64,000 nt of DNA from contig NC_086097.1 in assembly GCF_963921235.1 (NCBI RefSeq), forward strand, positions 101,186,001-101,250,000, read 5' to 3'. The notes under the pieces are model-generated. The model searched no databases. It was given only the letters and a program-made list of their open reading frames with translations, and was not told the origin of the DNA. The position numbers and the translations under genes were made by a program. Source of the stretch: Mobula hypostoma (lineage: Eukaryota). Positions 51,780 through 64,000 of the stretch are shown here, in pieces (position 1 is the first letter of the stretch; each line of letters starts with the position of its first letter).

Positions 51780-52254
51780 TTACAAATACATAAACTTCCC
51801 TCTGAGGGTGAGGGAAACTTCCCTCTGAGGTGAGGACGGGTGTCTCTCAGAAGGATGCCCATGGTGTCTCTGGGTTTGAACCTTGGGTGAGGGACAGAGG
51901 CAAGGGTTTAAAAGCTCGATGATCGCCGGACACGTGATCTCCAACTCCTGGGTGTTGTTAGGTGGGTGGGTTTTCCCAGGAGCCCCTGCACACACTGGTT
52001 GACTGCCAGGGTCAGAGGTGGAGGAGGCGAGGAAGTGCTGTCCCTGCTCCTGGTGTGTCCAACAGTGCCGAGGGCTGACGATGACTTTCTTCTCCAGCAG
52101 CGGCACTGGTGCCCACAGTCTGCACTTTGCCCCCACCGCAGTTGGTGAGACCCCTGCTTTCTCAGCCCAGTGGTGGTGCAGTGATTGAACAGCTGCTCCC
52201 GCCTCCCACCTCAGGCAACAGCCGGCTCCCCCAGAGAACGATTCCCACTGCAGG
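51780..52254 (-). CDS. Candidate terminal coding exon of an unidentified gene
   Basis: Pyrimidine-rich acceptor ccccacccttctctctgtag; open frame (S)LQWESFSGG... to TAA at 51782-51780 overlapping AATAAA (51781-51776); phase 2 fits the candidate exon at 54232-54292. Confidence 0.35.
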
Positions 52255-52714
52255 CTACAGAGAGAAGGGTGGGGAGTGGTGGGGAGGTACAGGACCCCGG
52301 GAGGGAAGGTGGGGTCTGGGTGGGGTCTCTGTGCTGAAGGACCTGCAGATGCTGGAATCCACAGCAGCACACAACCTGCTGGAGGAACTCAACGGGTCAA
52401 GGGGTACAGCATCAATAAAGGCCCTTCGGTCCAACGAGTCCATGCAGACCACTGTGCCTACCCAGCTAGTTCCACTTTCCTGCGTTCGTTCCATGTTCCT
52501 CCATGAGCTGCCCCTCAATGTACTGACCCAGGTGTTTCTGAAATGAGACAACCGTAGCTACCTCAGCCTCCAGCAACATCTGTGTAGTGAGAGCGATACT
52601 TGACATTCCAGTACAAGATTCAATGTCAGGGTCTGGGCCCAAAATATCTCCCCTTCTGCCCTCACAGGTACCTCACGATCTGCTGAATATCCCTCCAAAA
52701 GCATGTTTGCTGCT

Positions 52715-52870
52715 CTCTCCTCCTCCTTCCCTCCCTCTCTCCCTCTCCCTCCCTCCCTGTCCCGCCCTCCCTCTCTCCCTCTCCCTCTCCCTCCCTCCCT
52801 CTCTCCCTCTCCTTCCCTCCTTCTCTCCATCTCTCCCTCCATCCATCTCTCTCCATCTCCCTCTCTCCCT
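52715..52870. repeat. CT-rich low-complexity tract
   Basis: Runs of ccctct/ctccct. Confidence 0.9.
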
Positions 52871-53199
52871 CGAGGTTTTGGCACCATTGCAGTTCTGGCT
52901 GCAAAAGGACGCAGGAGGTGTATGCACCATGACCCTGGAATGACCACCTCGGTGTGCCCTCTCCGTTAGTACTGCCCTGCACTGGTGCCCAGGTTTGCTT
53001 TGGCTGTTCCCATAACACCTTGGCATCTCGTGCTGGGTCCACCATCAACATCAGCAGGAGCCAGTCTGCCCGGTGGGTGGGCTGTTCAGTGTCAGCTTCT
53101 GAGCTTCGCAGATCAGCAGCAGAAAGGGCACTATATTGCCAGCAGACCCTAGAGAGCAGCTCCAAACCAAACTAAACTCACAATAACACATGAGGAGAA

Positions 53200-53325
53200 G
53201 CAGCGGGGGGAGAGAGGTGGTTAACGTGCAGAGAAGTGGAGGAGGGAGAGAGGTGGTTAACGTGCAGAGAAGTGGAGGAGGGAGAGAGGTGGGTAACGTG
53301 CAGAGAAGTTGTGGGGGGAGAGGGG
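53200..53325. repeat. ~3 x 36-bp tandem repeat
   Basis: gagagaggtggttaacgtgcagagaagtggaggagg at 53210 and 53246, with a third variant copy following. Confidence 0.9.
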
Positions 53326-54231
53326 AAAGCCTCAAGTCTGGGCTCCAGGGTGAAGTGATGAACAAAGCTCTGATGGCAGGAGATCAGGAGGTGGGGCCCT
53401 GGAGGGCTGAGTGCACCCATGTGAATTTGAAGATTGAGGAATGAACACAAACAGGAGGAGGAAGTGGACATAAACATGTGGGATTTCAGCTCTTTGTCTC
53501 TGCTCTGGAACAGCCCTGGAGGACGGGAGAGTGAAATGGGGTAAGAGAAGATGTCCCAGGTGAAATCAATTTGGCTTCCTGAATAAACCCAGCCACAGAG
53601 ACGGGGCCGGTACGGGAAGGAGAGAAGCAAGCTGAGGAGCTCCACGTGGACTGTGAATGAACCATCTCTGGGGCCTGACACAATGGAAAGTCACTGTCAC
53701 AGGAGCACCAGGTGGTCACACACTGCCTGGGCAGCAAGCGTGAAATTGAAGAGCAAAGGGATCTGGCAGCACCGATTCACAGACCTCTAAATGTAACAAC
53801 AAGGAGCCACAAAACATGCATGCAGGGGACAGGCTGGTTGCTAACTGGCAAAATAGAAAACTTACATTCCACTTACACTGAGCCTTGGTTAGGAGATAGT
53901 TGTAGAGCTGTACAAGCCATGATCTGTGCAACATGCAAGGATCAGAACAGAACTGGGGCGTTAGAACCGTCAGGGAACAGAACAGATCAGGGCTCCTTTC
54001 TCACGGAGAAAGGCAAAAGGGGTTAATACTGGACGCACAGTCAAACAATCCAACGTTAACCAGTTTGTGAATCCAGTCACTGATCCACACCAATTCCTCA
54101 GGGTGTCGTTACCGAAACAGCAATGCTCCCCAACCCCCAGCTACGGACACGGAGTCACAACTTGTGCAGAAACAGCTACCCGTATAGCTTTGGATGGAGG
54201 AACGATCAGCCACTGCAGTGAGGAGAGTCAC

Positions 54232-54292
54232 CTCAGCAGGGTCTCCTCTTCCACACCCACAGGCACGTCAGGGCAGAGGGGATGGCGAGGCC
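54232..54292 (-). CDS. Candidate 61-nt internal exon, (G)PRHPLCPDVPVGVEEETLL
   Basis: Acceptor gtttgtctctctcag, donor AG|gtgact; phase 1 start matches the upstream exon across a 206-bp intron. Confidence 0.45.
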
Positions 54293-54490
54293 CTGAGAGA
54301 GACAAACTTAAAGGGACGTGGGTGGTGGGGTGGATGTGGAAGTGTGTGAGGACTCCCCCAGATCCATTAGTTTTCCTTTCACCCAGTTAGATAAGGGGGT
54401 CAGGGTTTGGGAAGGTTGCCCTGGGCCCTATTGACTCACCTCCCTCTGGACAGATAGGGATCCCACCCCCCCCCCACCCTCCACTGGCTA

Positions 54491-54733
<243 letters not shown>

Positions 54734-56710
54734 CTACTACACATTGTCAGATCCCCCCAGTCACTGGCACACTGATCAGACTATCCTGTTGGAGGAAGAG
54801 TGTGTCGACATCACTTGTCTTGGTTGTGCTAGTTTCCAGATTGCAAGGTGCTGTGCAGGGTTCGGGGCAGGTTGAGTCACCTTTGATCTCCCAGGCTGAG
54901 TTTGGAATCTTCAGCTGGCTCCCCCATGGGATAGAACATTTTGTGCTTTGGGACAACTCCTTACTAAGCTACACCTTAGCTCCCCCACTTTGTCACCCAC
55001 CGCAGTTTTGTGTCACCCACTGAGAGGTTTGCCAATCCTCTCCAAGGCCATGCTCCACGACTCCGTGAGCTCAGCAACCTTGCAGTCAACAGCTCTCCAT
55101 ATTTCCCCCTCTCTGGAGCGGGAGGGTGACATTCCTCTTGGCAGTGTCCTGAGTTTTGAAGTGATGGCCTCTTGCTCTGGAACCTGGCAAGGTTTCTGTT
55201 CAACTGTCTCGTCAGACCCGCTATCGCCTCCCTCTTGCAGTGTGCATCCTGCCGAGACCTCCCTCCCCAGCTCTCACGCTCAGATAGTTGCAAATAATTA
55301 TTATAACTTACAGTCTAGGTCATTCCCACAACTGCAAACACTTTGACAGGTGTGGCAGTGACAGGAGTGTTTGGGGAACTGAGATGATGAGGGGAGGGGG
55401 TGAAAAATCATAGAATTATTGTGCCTAACATTTCATTGACAACTCTTTTCCATCTCTATGCTGGGCTAGAATGTGTGGGTGTGATCGGGGGAGTCTTCAC
55501 CTTCTGCACAGGTTCCTCACCATAGTTCCAGTCATACAGAGTTCAGCTCCAGCCTTCCTCACACACGGTCAGTCTACCGTCCAGCAGACTGAACCCTGTT
55601 TCTGAGACAGCCTGCACCTCAAGTCCCTGGGCAGCTAACAACAATACTGTCTCCACGAAACCCTCCAGCCTCACTAGAAGGATAAGAGAACTTCTCCCAG
55701 GCCATGCTGCGGAGCACTGAGGAGTAGTTACTCCACAGGATAAGCCGACACCTGACTCACAGAAAGAATCAAGAATGTTCCCAAGGCTCCCTTGGAAAAG
55801 CTCAGCATCCCCAGGTCTTGTGTTCTCAGAGAGAACAACTGACAGCCTAGAGCCCCTTCATTGGGAACAGACATTTAGACACTCCCCACACCATCTGTAG
55901 TTGTCACACTGGCCTCATCAGTCACCCCAGAACCACAGAACCAGAACGGAGTTGAGTTCCTCTCCATCCCAAAGGAATGCACAAGGAGGAGGTGTGTGTG
56001 TAGTAATGTGTACCAGAAAACAAAATGGTGATCAACGAGGGAGTTGTGTTGTAAGCGGCACCCGAAACCCCAGAGTAAACAATGGGTTTTAAGGTCATTC
56101 ATAACCCATCAAGATCCAGGCAGTTGACGGAGCCTTTACACGTACACAAGGACTGAATGAGGACCCGATATACTTTGAGATACTGCATTCCCCTTACATG
56201 ACTTTTCATACAGTGCTCTCTGGCCTAGCCTGGTTCTGCCTCCATTTTAACATTCTTGTCTTTTATGTTCAATCCCCACCCCTGTACTTCTGCAAATTCC
56301 CCCGCACCACCACCCTCAGAGAACTCTTCATTCCTGTTGGCAAGCCCAGACTGCACTATCGGCACCTACCTCTCTCGATTTCTCCCCTTGGGAAGAAGTG
56401 CCCAGGAACAAACTTCTTGGTTACCTGTCCCAACATGTTGCTCGAGTCCACTTCTACAACATCTGAGTGACGTGCCATGAGACATGAGCCCGTGTTGGTA
56501 GCACAGAGTGTTCGGGTCTCCCGTTGACTGCTCCAGAAGCAGAGCCGGGCTTTACTCATTCCACCTCCCGTGGCGCTTGCACCTTACTGGTCTGTCTGTA
56601 CTTTCTTCCTGACTCTTACACTACAGTCTGCATTCTCTTCACCTTTGGAACTACCTCGATGTACAGGCAAACTAAAACTTCTCATTGAATTTCAGTACAC
56701 GTGACAGTTT

Positions 56711-57050
56711 GCTCATTCGTTATGAGCTGTGTTGGATGATATGGACGATCATCGTCTCTCCGTGACCAAGTTTGTTCTTGGCAAATTTTTCCTCAGAAGT
56801 GGTTTGCCATTGCCTTTTTCTGGGCAGTCCTTTTACAAGGCAGGTGACCCCAGCCATTATCAATACTCTTCAGAGATTGTCTGCCTGGTGCCAGGACTTG
56901 TGATATGCACCACCTGCTCCCATAGCTTTACGTGACCCCAATCAGGCGGCTAAACAAGTGCTCCACCTTGGCCAAGGGTGACCCTCAGACGAGTGGGCGA
57001 AGGAGCACCTTACTCGTTTGGTGGAGACGTGACTCGGCCCTGCCACCACA
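56711..57050 (-). mobile_element. RTE/BovB-related short element remnant
   Basis: Contains agaagtggtttgccattgcctt (reverse complement aaggcaatggcaaaccacttct), a motif recalled from RTE-derived SINEs. Confidence 0.5.
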
Positions 57051-57294
57051 TGTGACAATAATAAAGCAATCAGCACTATCTTCAGTGCTGTCCACAATCT
57101 CACAGTCTGACAGTGTGCAGAGTTTCACCAGGCTCCTACCTGCAGTAATACAATCACATTGCCGAGGGGTAACCGCTTGCACAAATGCCTGTCTCTTCAA
57201 TAGGGAGTGCCGTGGGTTAATTAGTCACTCGGGGTCCTGACTACCTCCAGAGGAAGTAAACAGGGAGGAGTCATATGGTACTCACACACAGCAA

Positions 57295-60200
57295 GTGATA
57301 GGTGTGAGGGGTGGGGGTGTGTGAGGGGTGTGGGTAGGTGTGAGGGGTGGGGGTGATGGGTGGGTGGGTATATGTGAGGGGTGGGGGTGTGTGAGGGGTG
57401 GGGGTGATGGGTGGGTGTGTGGGTAGGTGTGAGGGGTGGGGGTGATGAGAGGGTGTGTGGGTAGGTGTGAGGGGTGGGGGTGATGGGTGGGTGATGGGTG
57501 GGCGTGTGGGTAGGTGTGAGGGGTGGTGGTGATGGGTGGGCGTGTGGGTAGGTGTGAGGGGTGGGGGTGATGGGTGGGCGTGTGGGTAGGTGTGAGGGGT
57601 GGGGGTGATGGGTGGGCGTGTGGGTAGGTGTGAGGGGTGGGGGTGATGAGTGGGCGTGTGGGTAGGTGTGAGGGGTGGGGGTGATGGGTGGGTGTGTGGG
57701 TAGGTGTGAGGGATGGGGATGATGGGTGGGGGGGTATATGTGAGGAGTGGGGGTGTGTGAGGGGTGGGGGTGATGAGAGGGTGTGTGGGTAGGTGTGAGG
57801 GGTGGGGGTGATGGGTGGGCGTGTGGGTAGGTGTGAGGGGTTGGGGTGATGGGTGGGTGTGTGGGTAGGTGTGAGGGGTGGGGGTGATGGGTGGGCGTGT
57901 GGGTAAGTGTGAGGGGTGGGGGTGATGAGTGGGCGTGTGGGTAGGTGTGAGGGGTGGGGGTGATGGGTGGGTGTGTGGGTAGGTGTGAGGGGTGGGGATG
58001 ATGGGTGGGGGGGTATATGTGAGGAGTGGGGGTGTGTGAGGGGTGGGGGTGATGAGTGGGTGTGTGGGTAGGTGTGAGGGGTGGGGGTGATGGGTCGGCG
58101 TGTGGGTAGGTGTGAGGGGTGGGGGTGATGGGTGGGTGTGTGGGTAGGTGTGAGGGGTGGGGGTGATGAGTGGGCGTGTGGGTAGGTGTGAGGGGTGGGG
58201 GTGATGGGTGGGCGTGTGGGTAGGTGTGAGGGGTGGGGGTGATGGGTGGGCGTGTGGGTAGGTGTGAGGGGTGGGGGTGATGGGTGGGTGTGTGGGTAGG
58301 TGTGAGGGGTGGGGGTGATGAGTGGGCGTGTGGGTAGGTGTGAGGGGTGGGGGTGATGGGTGGGTGTGTGGGTAGGTGTGAGGGGTGGGGATGATGGGTG
58401 GGTGGGTATATGTGAGGGGTGGGGGTGTGTGAGGGGTGGGGGTGATGAGTGGGCGTGTGGGTAGGTGTGAGGGGTGGGGGTGATGGGTGGGCGTGTGGGT
58501 AGGTGTGAGGGGTGGGGGTGATGGGTGGGCGTGTGGGTAGGTGTGAGGGGTGGGGGTGATGGGTGGGCGTGTGGGTAGGTGTGAGGGGTGGGGGTGATGG
58601 GTGGGCGTGTGGGTAGGTGTGAGGGGTGGGTGTGATGAGTGGGCGTGTGGGTAGGTGTGAGGGGTGGGGGTGATGGGTGGGTGTGTGGGTAGGTGTGATG
58701 TGAGGGGTGGGGGTGTGTGAGGGGTGGGGGTGATGGGTGGGTGTGTGGGTAGGTGTGAGGGGTGGGGGTGATGGGTGGGTGTGTGGGTAGGTGTGAGGGG
58801 TGGGGGTGATGAGTGGGTGTGTGGGTAGGTGTGAGGGGTGGGGGTGATGGGTGGGTGTGTGGGTAGGTGGGAGGGGTGGGGGTGATGGGTGGGTGGGTAT
58901 ATGTGAGGGGTGGCGGTGTGTGAGGGGTGGGGATGATGGGTGGGTGTGTGGGTAGGTGTGAGGGGTGGGGGTGATGGGTGGATGTGTGGGTAGGTGTGAG
59001 GGGTGGGGGTGATGGGTGGGTGGGTATATGTGAGGGGTGGGGGTGTGTGAGGAGTGGGGGTGATGGGTGGGTGTGTGGGTAGGTGTGAGGGGTGGGGGTG
59101 ATGAGTGGGTGTGTGGGTATGTGTGAGGGGTGGGGGTGATGGGTGGGCGTGTGGGTAGGTGTGAGGGGTGGGGGTGATGGGTGGGCGTGTGGGTAGGTGT
59201 GAGGGGTGGGGGTGATGGGTGGGCGTGTGGGTAGGTGTGAGGGGTGGGGGTGATGGGTGGGCGTGCGGGTAGGTGTGAGGGGTGGGGGTGATGGGTGGGC
59301 GTGTGGGTAGGTGTGAGGGGTGGGTGTGATGAGTGGGCGTGTGGGTAGGTGTTTAGGGGTGGGGGTGATGCGTGGGCGTGTGCGTAAGTGTGAGGGGTGG
59401 GGGTGATGGGTGGGCGTGTGGGTAGGTGTGAGGGGTGGGGGTGATGGGTGGGCGTGTGGGTAGGTGTGAGGGGTGGGGGTGATGGGTGGGCGTGTGGGTA
59501 GGTGTGAGGGGTGGGGGTGATGGGTGGGCGTGTGGGTAGGTGTGAGGGGTGGGGGTGATGGGTGGGCGTGTGGGTAGGTGTGAGGGGTGGGGGTGTGTGA
59601 GGGGTGGGGGTGATGGGTGACTGTGAGGGGTGGGGGTGATGAGTGGGCGTGTGGGTAGGTGTGAGGGGTGGGGGTGATGCGTGGGCATGTGCGTAAGTGT
59701 GAGGGGTGGGGGTGATGGGTGGGCGTGTGGGTAGGTGTGAGGGGTGGGGGTGATGGGTGGGCGTGTGGGTAGGTGTGAGGGGTGGGGGTGATGGGTGGGC
59801 GTGTGGGTAGGTGTGAGGGGTGGGGGTGATGGGTGGGCGTGTGGGTAGGTGTGAGGGGTGGGGGTGTGTGAGGGGTGGGGGTGATGGGTGACTGTGAGGG
59901 GTGGGGGTGATGGGTGGACGTGTGGGTAGGTGTGAGGGTTGGGGGTGATGGGTGGGCGTGTGGGTAGGTGTGAGGGGTGGGGATGTGTGAGTGGTGTGGA
60001 TGATGGGTGGGTGTGAGGGGTGGGGGTGATGGGTGGGCGTGTGGGTAGGTGTGAGGGGTGGGGGTGATGGGTGGGTGTGTGGGTAGGGGTGAGGGGTGGG
60101 GGTGATGGGTGGGCGTGTGGGTGTGAGGGGTGGGGGTGATGGGTGGGCGTGTGGGTAGGTGTGAGGGGTGGGGGTGATGGGTGGGTGGGTATATGTGAGC

Positions 60201-63200
60201 GGTGGGGGTGTGTGAGGGGTGGGGGTGATGGGTGGGTGTGTGGGTAGGTGTGAGGGGTGGGGGTGATGAGAGGGTGTGTGGGTAGGTGTGAGGGGTGGGG
60301 GTGATGGGTGGGCGTGTGGGTAGGTGTGAGGGTTGGTGGTGATGGGTGGGCGTGTGGGTAGGTGTGAGGGGTGGGGGTGATGGGTGGGCGTGTGGGTAGG
60401 TGTGAGGGGTGGGGGTGATGGGTGGGCGTGTGGGTAGGTGTGAGGGGTGGGGGTGATGGGTGGGCGTGTGGGTAGGTGTGAGGGGTGGGGGTGATGAGTG
60501 GGCGTGTGGGTAGGTGTGAGGGGTGGGGGCGATGGGTGGGTGTGTGGGTAGGTCTGAGGGGTGGGGATGATGGGTGGGTGGGTATATGTGAGGGGTGGGG
60601 GTGTGTGAGGGGTGGGGGTGATGAGTGGGTGTGTGGGTAGGTGTGAGGGGTGGGGGTGATGGGTGGGCGTGTGGGTAGGTGTGAGGGTTTGGGGTGATGG
60701 GTGGGTGTGTGGGTAGGTGTGAGGGGTGGGGGTGATGGGTGGGCGTGTGGGTAGGTGTGACGGGTGGGTGTGATGGGTGGGTGTGTGGGTAGGTGTGAGG
60801 TGTGGGGGTGATGGGTGGGTGTGTGGGTAGGTGTGAGGGGTGGGGGTGATGGGTGGGTGTGTGGGTAGGTGTGAGGGGTGGGGGTGATGGGTGGGTGTGT
60901 GGGTAGGTGTGAGGGGTGGGGGTGATGGGTGGGCCTGTGGGTAGTTGTGAGGGGTGGGGGTGATGGGTGGGCGTGTGGGTAGGTGTGAGGGGTGGGGGTG
61001 ATGGGTGGGCGTGTGGGTAGGTGTGAGGGGTGGGGGTGATGGGTGGGCGTGTGGGTAGGTGTGAGGGGTGGGTGTGATGCGTGGGCGTGTGGGTAGGTGT
61101 GAGGGGTGGGGGTGATGCGTGGGCGTGTGCGTAAGTGTGAGGGGTGGGGGTGATGGGTGGGTGCGTGGGTAGGTGTGAGGGGTGGGGGTGATGGGTGGGT
61201 GGGTATATGTGAGGGGTGGGGGTGTGGAGGGTGGGGGTGATGGGTGGGTGTGTGGGTAGGTGTGAGGGGTGGGGGTGATGGGTGGGTGTGTGGGTAGGTG
61301 TGAGGGGTGGGGGTGATGGGTGGGTGTGTGGGTAGGTGTGAGGGGTGGGGGTGATGAGTGGGTGTGTGGGTAGGAGTGAGGGGTGGGGGTGATGGGTGGG
61401 GGTGTGGGTAGGTGTGAGGGGTGGGGGTGATGGGTGGGTGGGTAGGTGTGAGGGGTGGGTAGGTGTGAGGGGTGGGGGTGATGGGTGGATGTGTGGGTAG
61501 GTGTGAGGGGTGGGGGTGATGGGTGGGCGTGTGGGTAGGTGTGAGGGGTGGGGCTGATGGGTGGGCGTGTAGGTAGGTGTGAGGGGTGGGGGTGTGTGAG
61601 GGGTGGGGGTGATGGGTGGGTGTGAGGGGTGGGGGTGATGGGTGGGTGTGTGGGTAGGTGTGAGGGTTGGGGGTGATGGGTGGGCGTGTGGGTAGGTGTG
61701 AGGGGTGGGGATGTGTGAGGGGTGGGGGTGATTGGTGGGCGTGTGATTAGGTGTGAGGGGTGGGGGTGATGGGTGGGTGTGTGGGTAGGTGTGAGGGGTG
61801 GGGGTGATGGGTGGGCGTGTGGGTGTGAGGGGTGGGGGTGATGGGTGGGCGTGTGGGTAGGTGTGAGGGGTGGGGGTGATGGGTGGGTGGGTATATGTGA
61901 GGGGTGGGGGTGTGTGAGGGGTGGGGGTGATGGGTGGGTGTGTGGGTAGCTGTGAGGGGTGGGGGTGATGAGAGGGTGTGTGGGTAGGTGTGAGGGGTGG
62001 GGGTGATGGGTGGGCGTGTGGGTAGGTGTGAGGGGTGGTGGTGATGGGTGGGCGTGTGGGTAGGTGTGAGGGGTGGGGGTGATGGGTGGGCGTGTGGGTA
62101 GGTGTGAGGGGTGGGGGTGATGGGTGGGCGTGTGGGTAGGTGTGAGGGGTGGGGGTGATGGGTGGGTGTGTGGGTAGGTGTGAGGGGTGGGGGTGATGAG
62201 TGGGCGTGTGGGTAGGTGTGAGGGGTGGGGGTGATGGGTGGGTGTGTGGGTAGGTGTGAGGGGTGGGGATGATGGGTGGGTGGGTATATGTGAGGGGTGG
62301 GGGTGTGTGAGGGGTGGGGGTGATGAGTGGGCGTGTGGGTAGGTGTGAGGGGTGGGGGTGATGGGTGGGCGTGTGGGTAGGTGTGAGGGGTGGGGGTGAT
62401 GGGTGGGCGTGTGGGTAGGTGTGAGGGGTGGGGGTGATGGGTGGGCGTGTGGGTAGGTGTGAGGTGTGGGGGTGATGGGTGGGCGTGTGGGTAGGTGTGA
62501 GGGGTGGGTGTGATGAGTGGGCGTGTGGGTAGGTGTGAGGGGTGGGGGTGATGCGTGGGCGTGTGCGTAAGTGTGAGGGGTGGGGGTGATGGGTGGGCGT
62601 GTGGGTAGGTGTGAGGGGTGGGGGTGATGGGTGGGCGTGTGGGTAGGTGTGAGGGGTGGGGTTGATGGGTGGGCGTGTGGGTAGGTGTGAGGGGTGGGGG
62701 TGATGGGTGGGCGTGTAGGTAGGTGTGAGGGGTGGGGGTGATGGGTGTGCGTGTGGGTAGGTGTGAGGGGTGGGGGTGATGGGTGGGCGTGTGGGTTGGT
62801 GTGAGGGGTGGGGGTGTGTGAGGGGTGGGGGTGATGGGTGGGTGTGAGGGGTGGGGGTGATGGGTGGGCGTGTGGGTAGGTGTGAGGGTTGGGGGTGATG
62901 GGTGGGCGTGTGGGTAGGTGTGAGGGGTGGGGATGTGTGAGGGGTGGGGGTGATGGGTGGGTGTGAGGGGTGGGGGTGATGGGTGGGCGTGTGGGTAGGT
63001 GTGAGGGGTGGGGGTGATGGGTGGGTGTGTGGGTAGGTGTGAGGGGTGGGGGTGATGGGTGGGCGTGTGGGTGTGAGGGGTGGGGGTGATGGGTGGGCGT
63101 GTGGGTAGGTGTGAGGGGTGGGGGTGATGGGTGGGTGGGTATATGTGAGGGGTGGGGGTGTGTGAGGGGTGGGGGTGATGGTTGGGTGTGTGGGTAGGTG

Positions 63201-64000
63201 TGAGGGGTGGGGGTGATGAGAGGGTGTGTGGGTAGGTGTGAGGGGTGGGGGTGATGGGTGGGCGTGTGGGTAGGTGTGAGGGGTGGTGGTGATGGGTGGG
63301 CGTGTGGGTAGGTGTGAGGGGTGGGGGTGATGGGTGGGCGTGTGGGTAGGTGTGAGGGGTGGGGGTGATGGGTGGGCGTGTGGGTAGGTGTGAGGGGTGG
63401 GGGTGATGGGTGGGTGTGTGGGTAGGTGTGAGGGGTGGGGGTGATGAGTGGGCGTGTGGGTAGGTGTGAGGGGTGGGGGTGATGGGTGGGTGTGTGGGTA
63501 GGTGTGAGGGGTGGGGATGATGGGTGGGTGGGTATATGTGAGGGGTGGGTGTGTGTGAGGGGTGGGGGTGATGAGTGGGTGTGTGGGTAGGTGTGAGGGG
63601 TGGGGGTGATGGGTGGGCGTGTGGGTAGGTGTGATGGTTTGGGGTGATGGGTGGGTGTGTGGGTAGGTGTGAGGGGTGGGGGTGATGGGTGGGCGTGTGG
63701 GTAGGTGTGAGGGGTGGGGGTGATGGGTGGGTGTGTGGGTAGGTGTGAGGGGTGGGGGTGATGGGTGGGTGTGTGGGTAGGTGTGAGGGGTGGGGGTGAT
63801 GGGTGGGTGTGTGGGTAGGTGTGAGGGGTGGGGGTGATGGGTGGGTGTGTGGGTAGGTGTGAGGGGTGGGGGTGATGGGTGGGTGTGTGGGTAGGTGTGA
63901 GGGGTGGGGGTGATGAGTGGGTGTGTGGGTAGGTGTGAGGGGTGGGGGTGATGGGTGGGTGGGTATATGTGAGGGGTGGGGGTGTGTGTGAGGGGTGGGG
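57295..64000. repeat. G-rich 38-bp minisatellite (CGTGTGGGTAGGTGTGAGGGGTGGGGGTGATGGGTGGG), runs off the window end
   Basis: Period read directly (57541 to 57579); at least 6.7 kb. Confidence 0.98.

Noticed and set aside
52558..53026. Glu/Gly/Arg-rich ORFs
   Set aside because: Produced by the CT/GA low-complexity tract.
59353..59688. His/Pro/Thr-rich ORF
   Set aside because: Translation of the minisatellite's C-rich strand.
57295..64000. Telomere or immunoglobulin switch region
   Set aside because: No TTAGGG tandem array, almost no AGCT motifs, and no Ig exons nearby.

Overview
Repeat-dominated vertebrate genomic DNA; the retroelement repertoire suggests a cartilaginous fish (inference, not proven). 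It is not prokaryotic. 1-12.4 kb is a patchwork of decayed CR1 and Rex/Babar-type LINEs, a hAT transposon end and Penelope remnants. 12.4-46.5 kb is one satellite domain: degenerate 28-bp flanks, a 3x130-bp block, and a 43-bp array interrupted by a CR1, a Rex/Babar LINE and a near-complete Penelope-like element (inverted pseudo-LTR, mutated hammerhead). A SINE follows, then an uninterrupted ~22.4-kb 28-bp array with higher-order duplications. 46.5-57.3 kb holds more CR1/RTE-derived elements and 2-3 phase-compatible candidate exons of an unidentified minus-strand gene. 57.3-64 kb is a G-rich 38-bp minisatellite. No intact protein-coding gene, CRISPR array or clearly new enzymatic system is visible. 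The best leads are the common ancestry of the satellites, three insertions at one satellite position, short non-autonomous retroelements, and the unidentified exons. Element boundaries were read by eye and are approximate unless anchored by a duplication or splice site.
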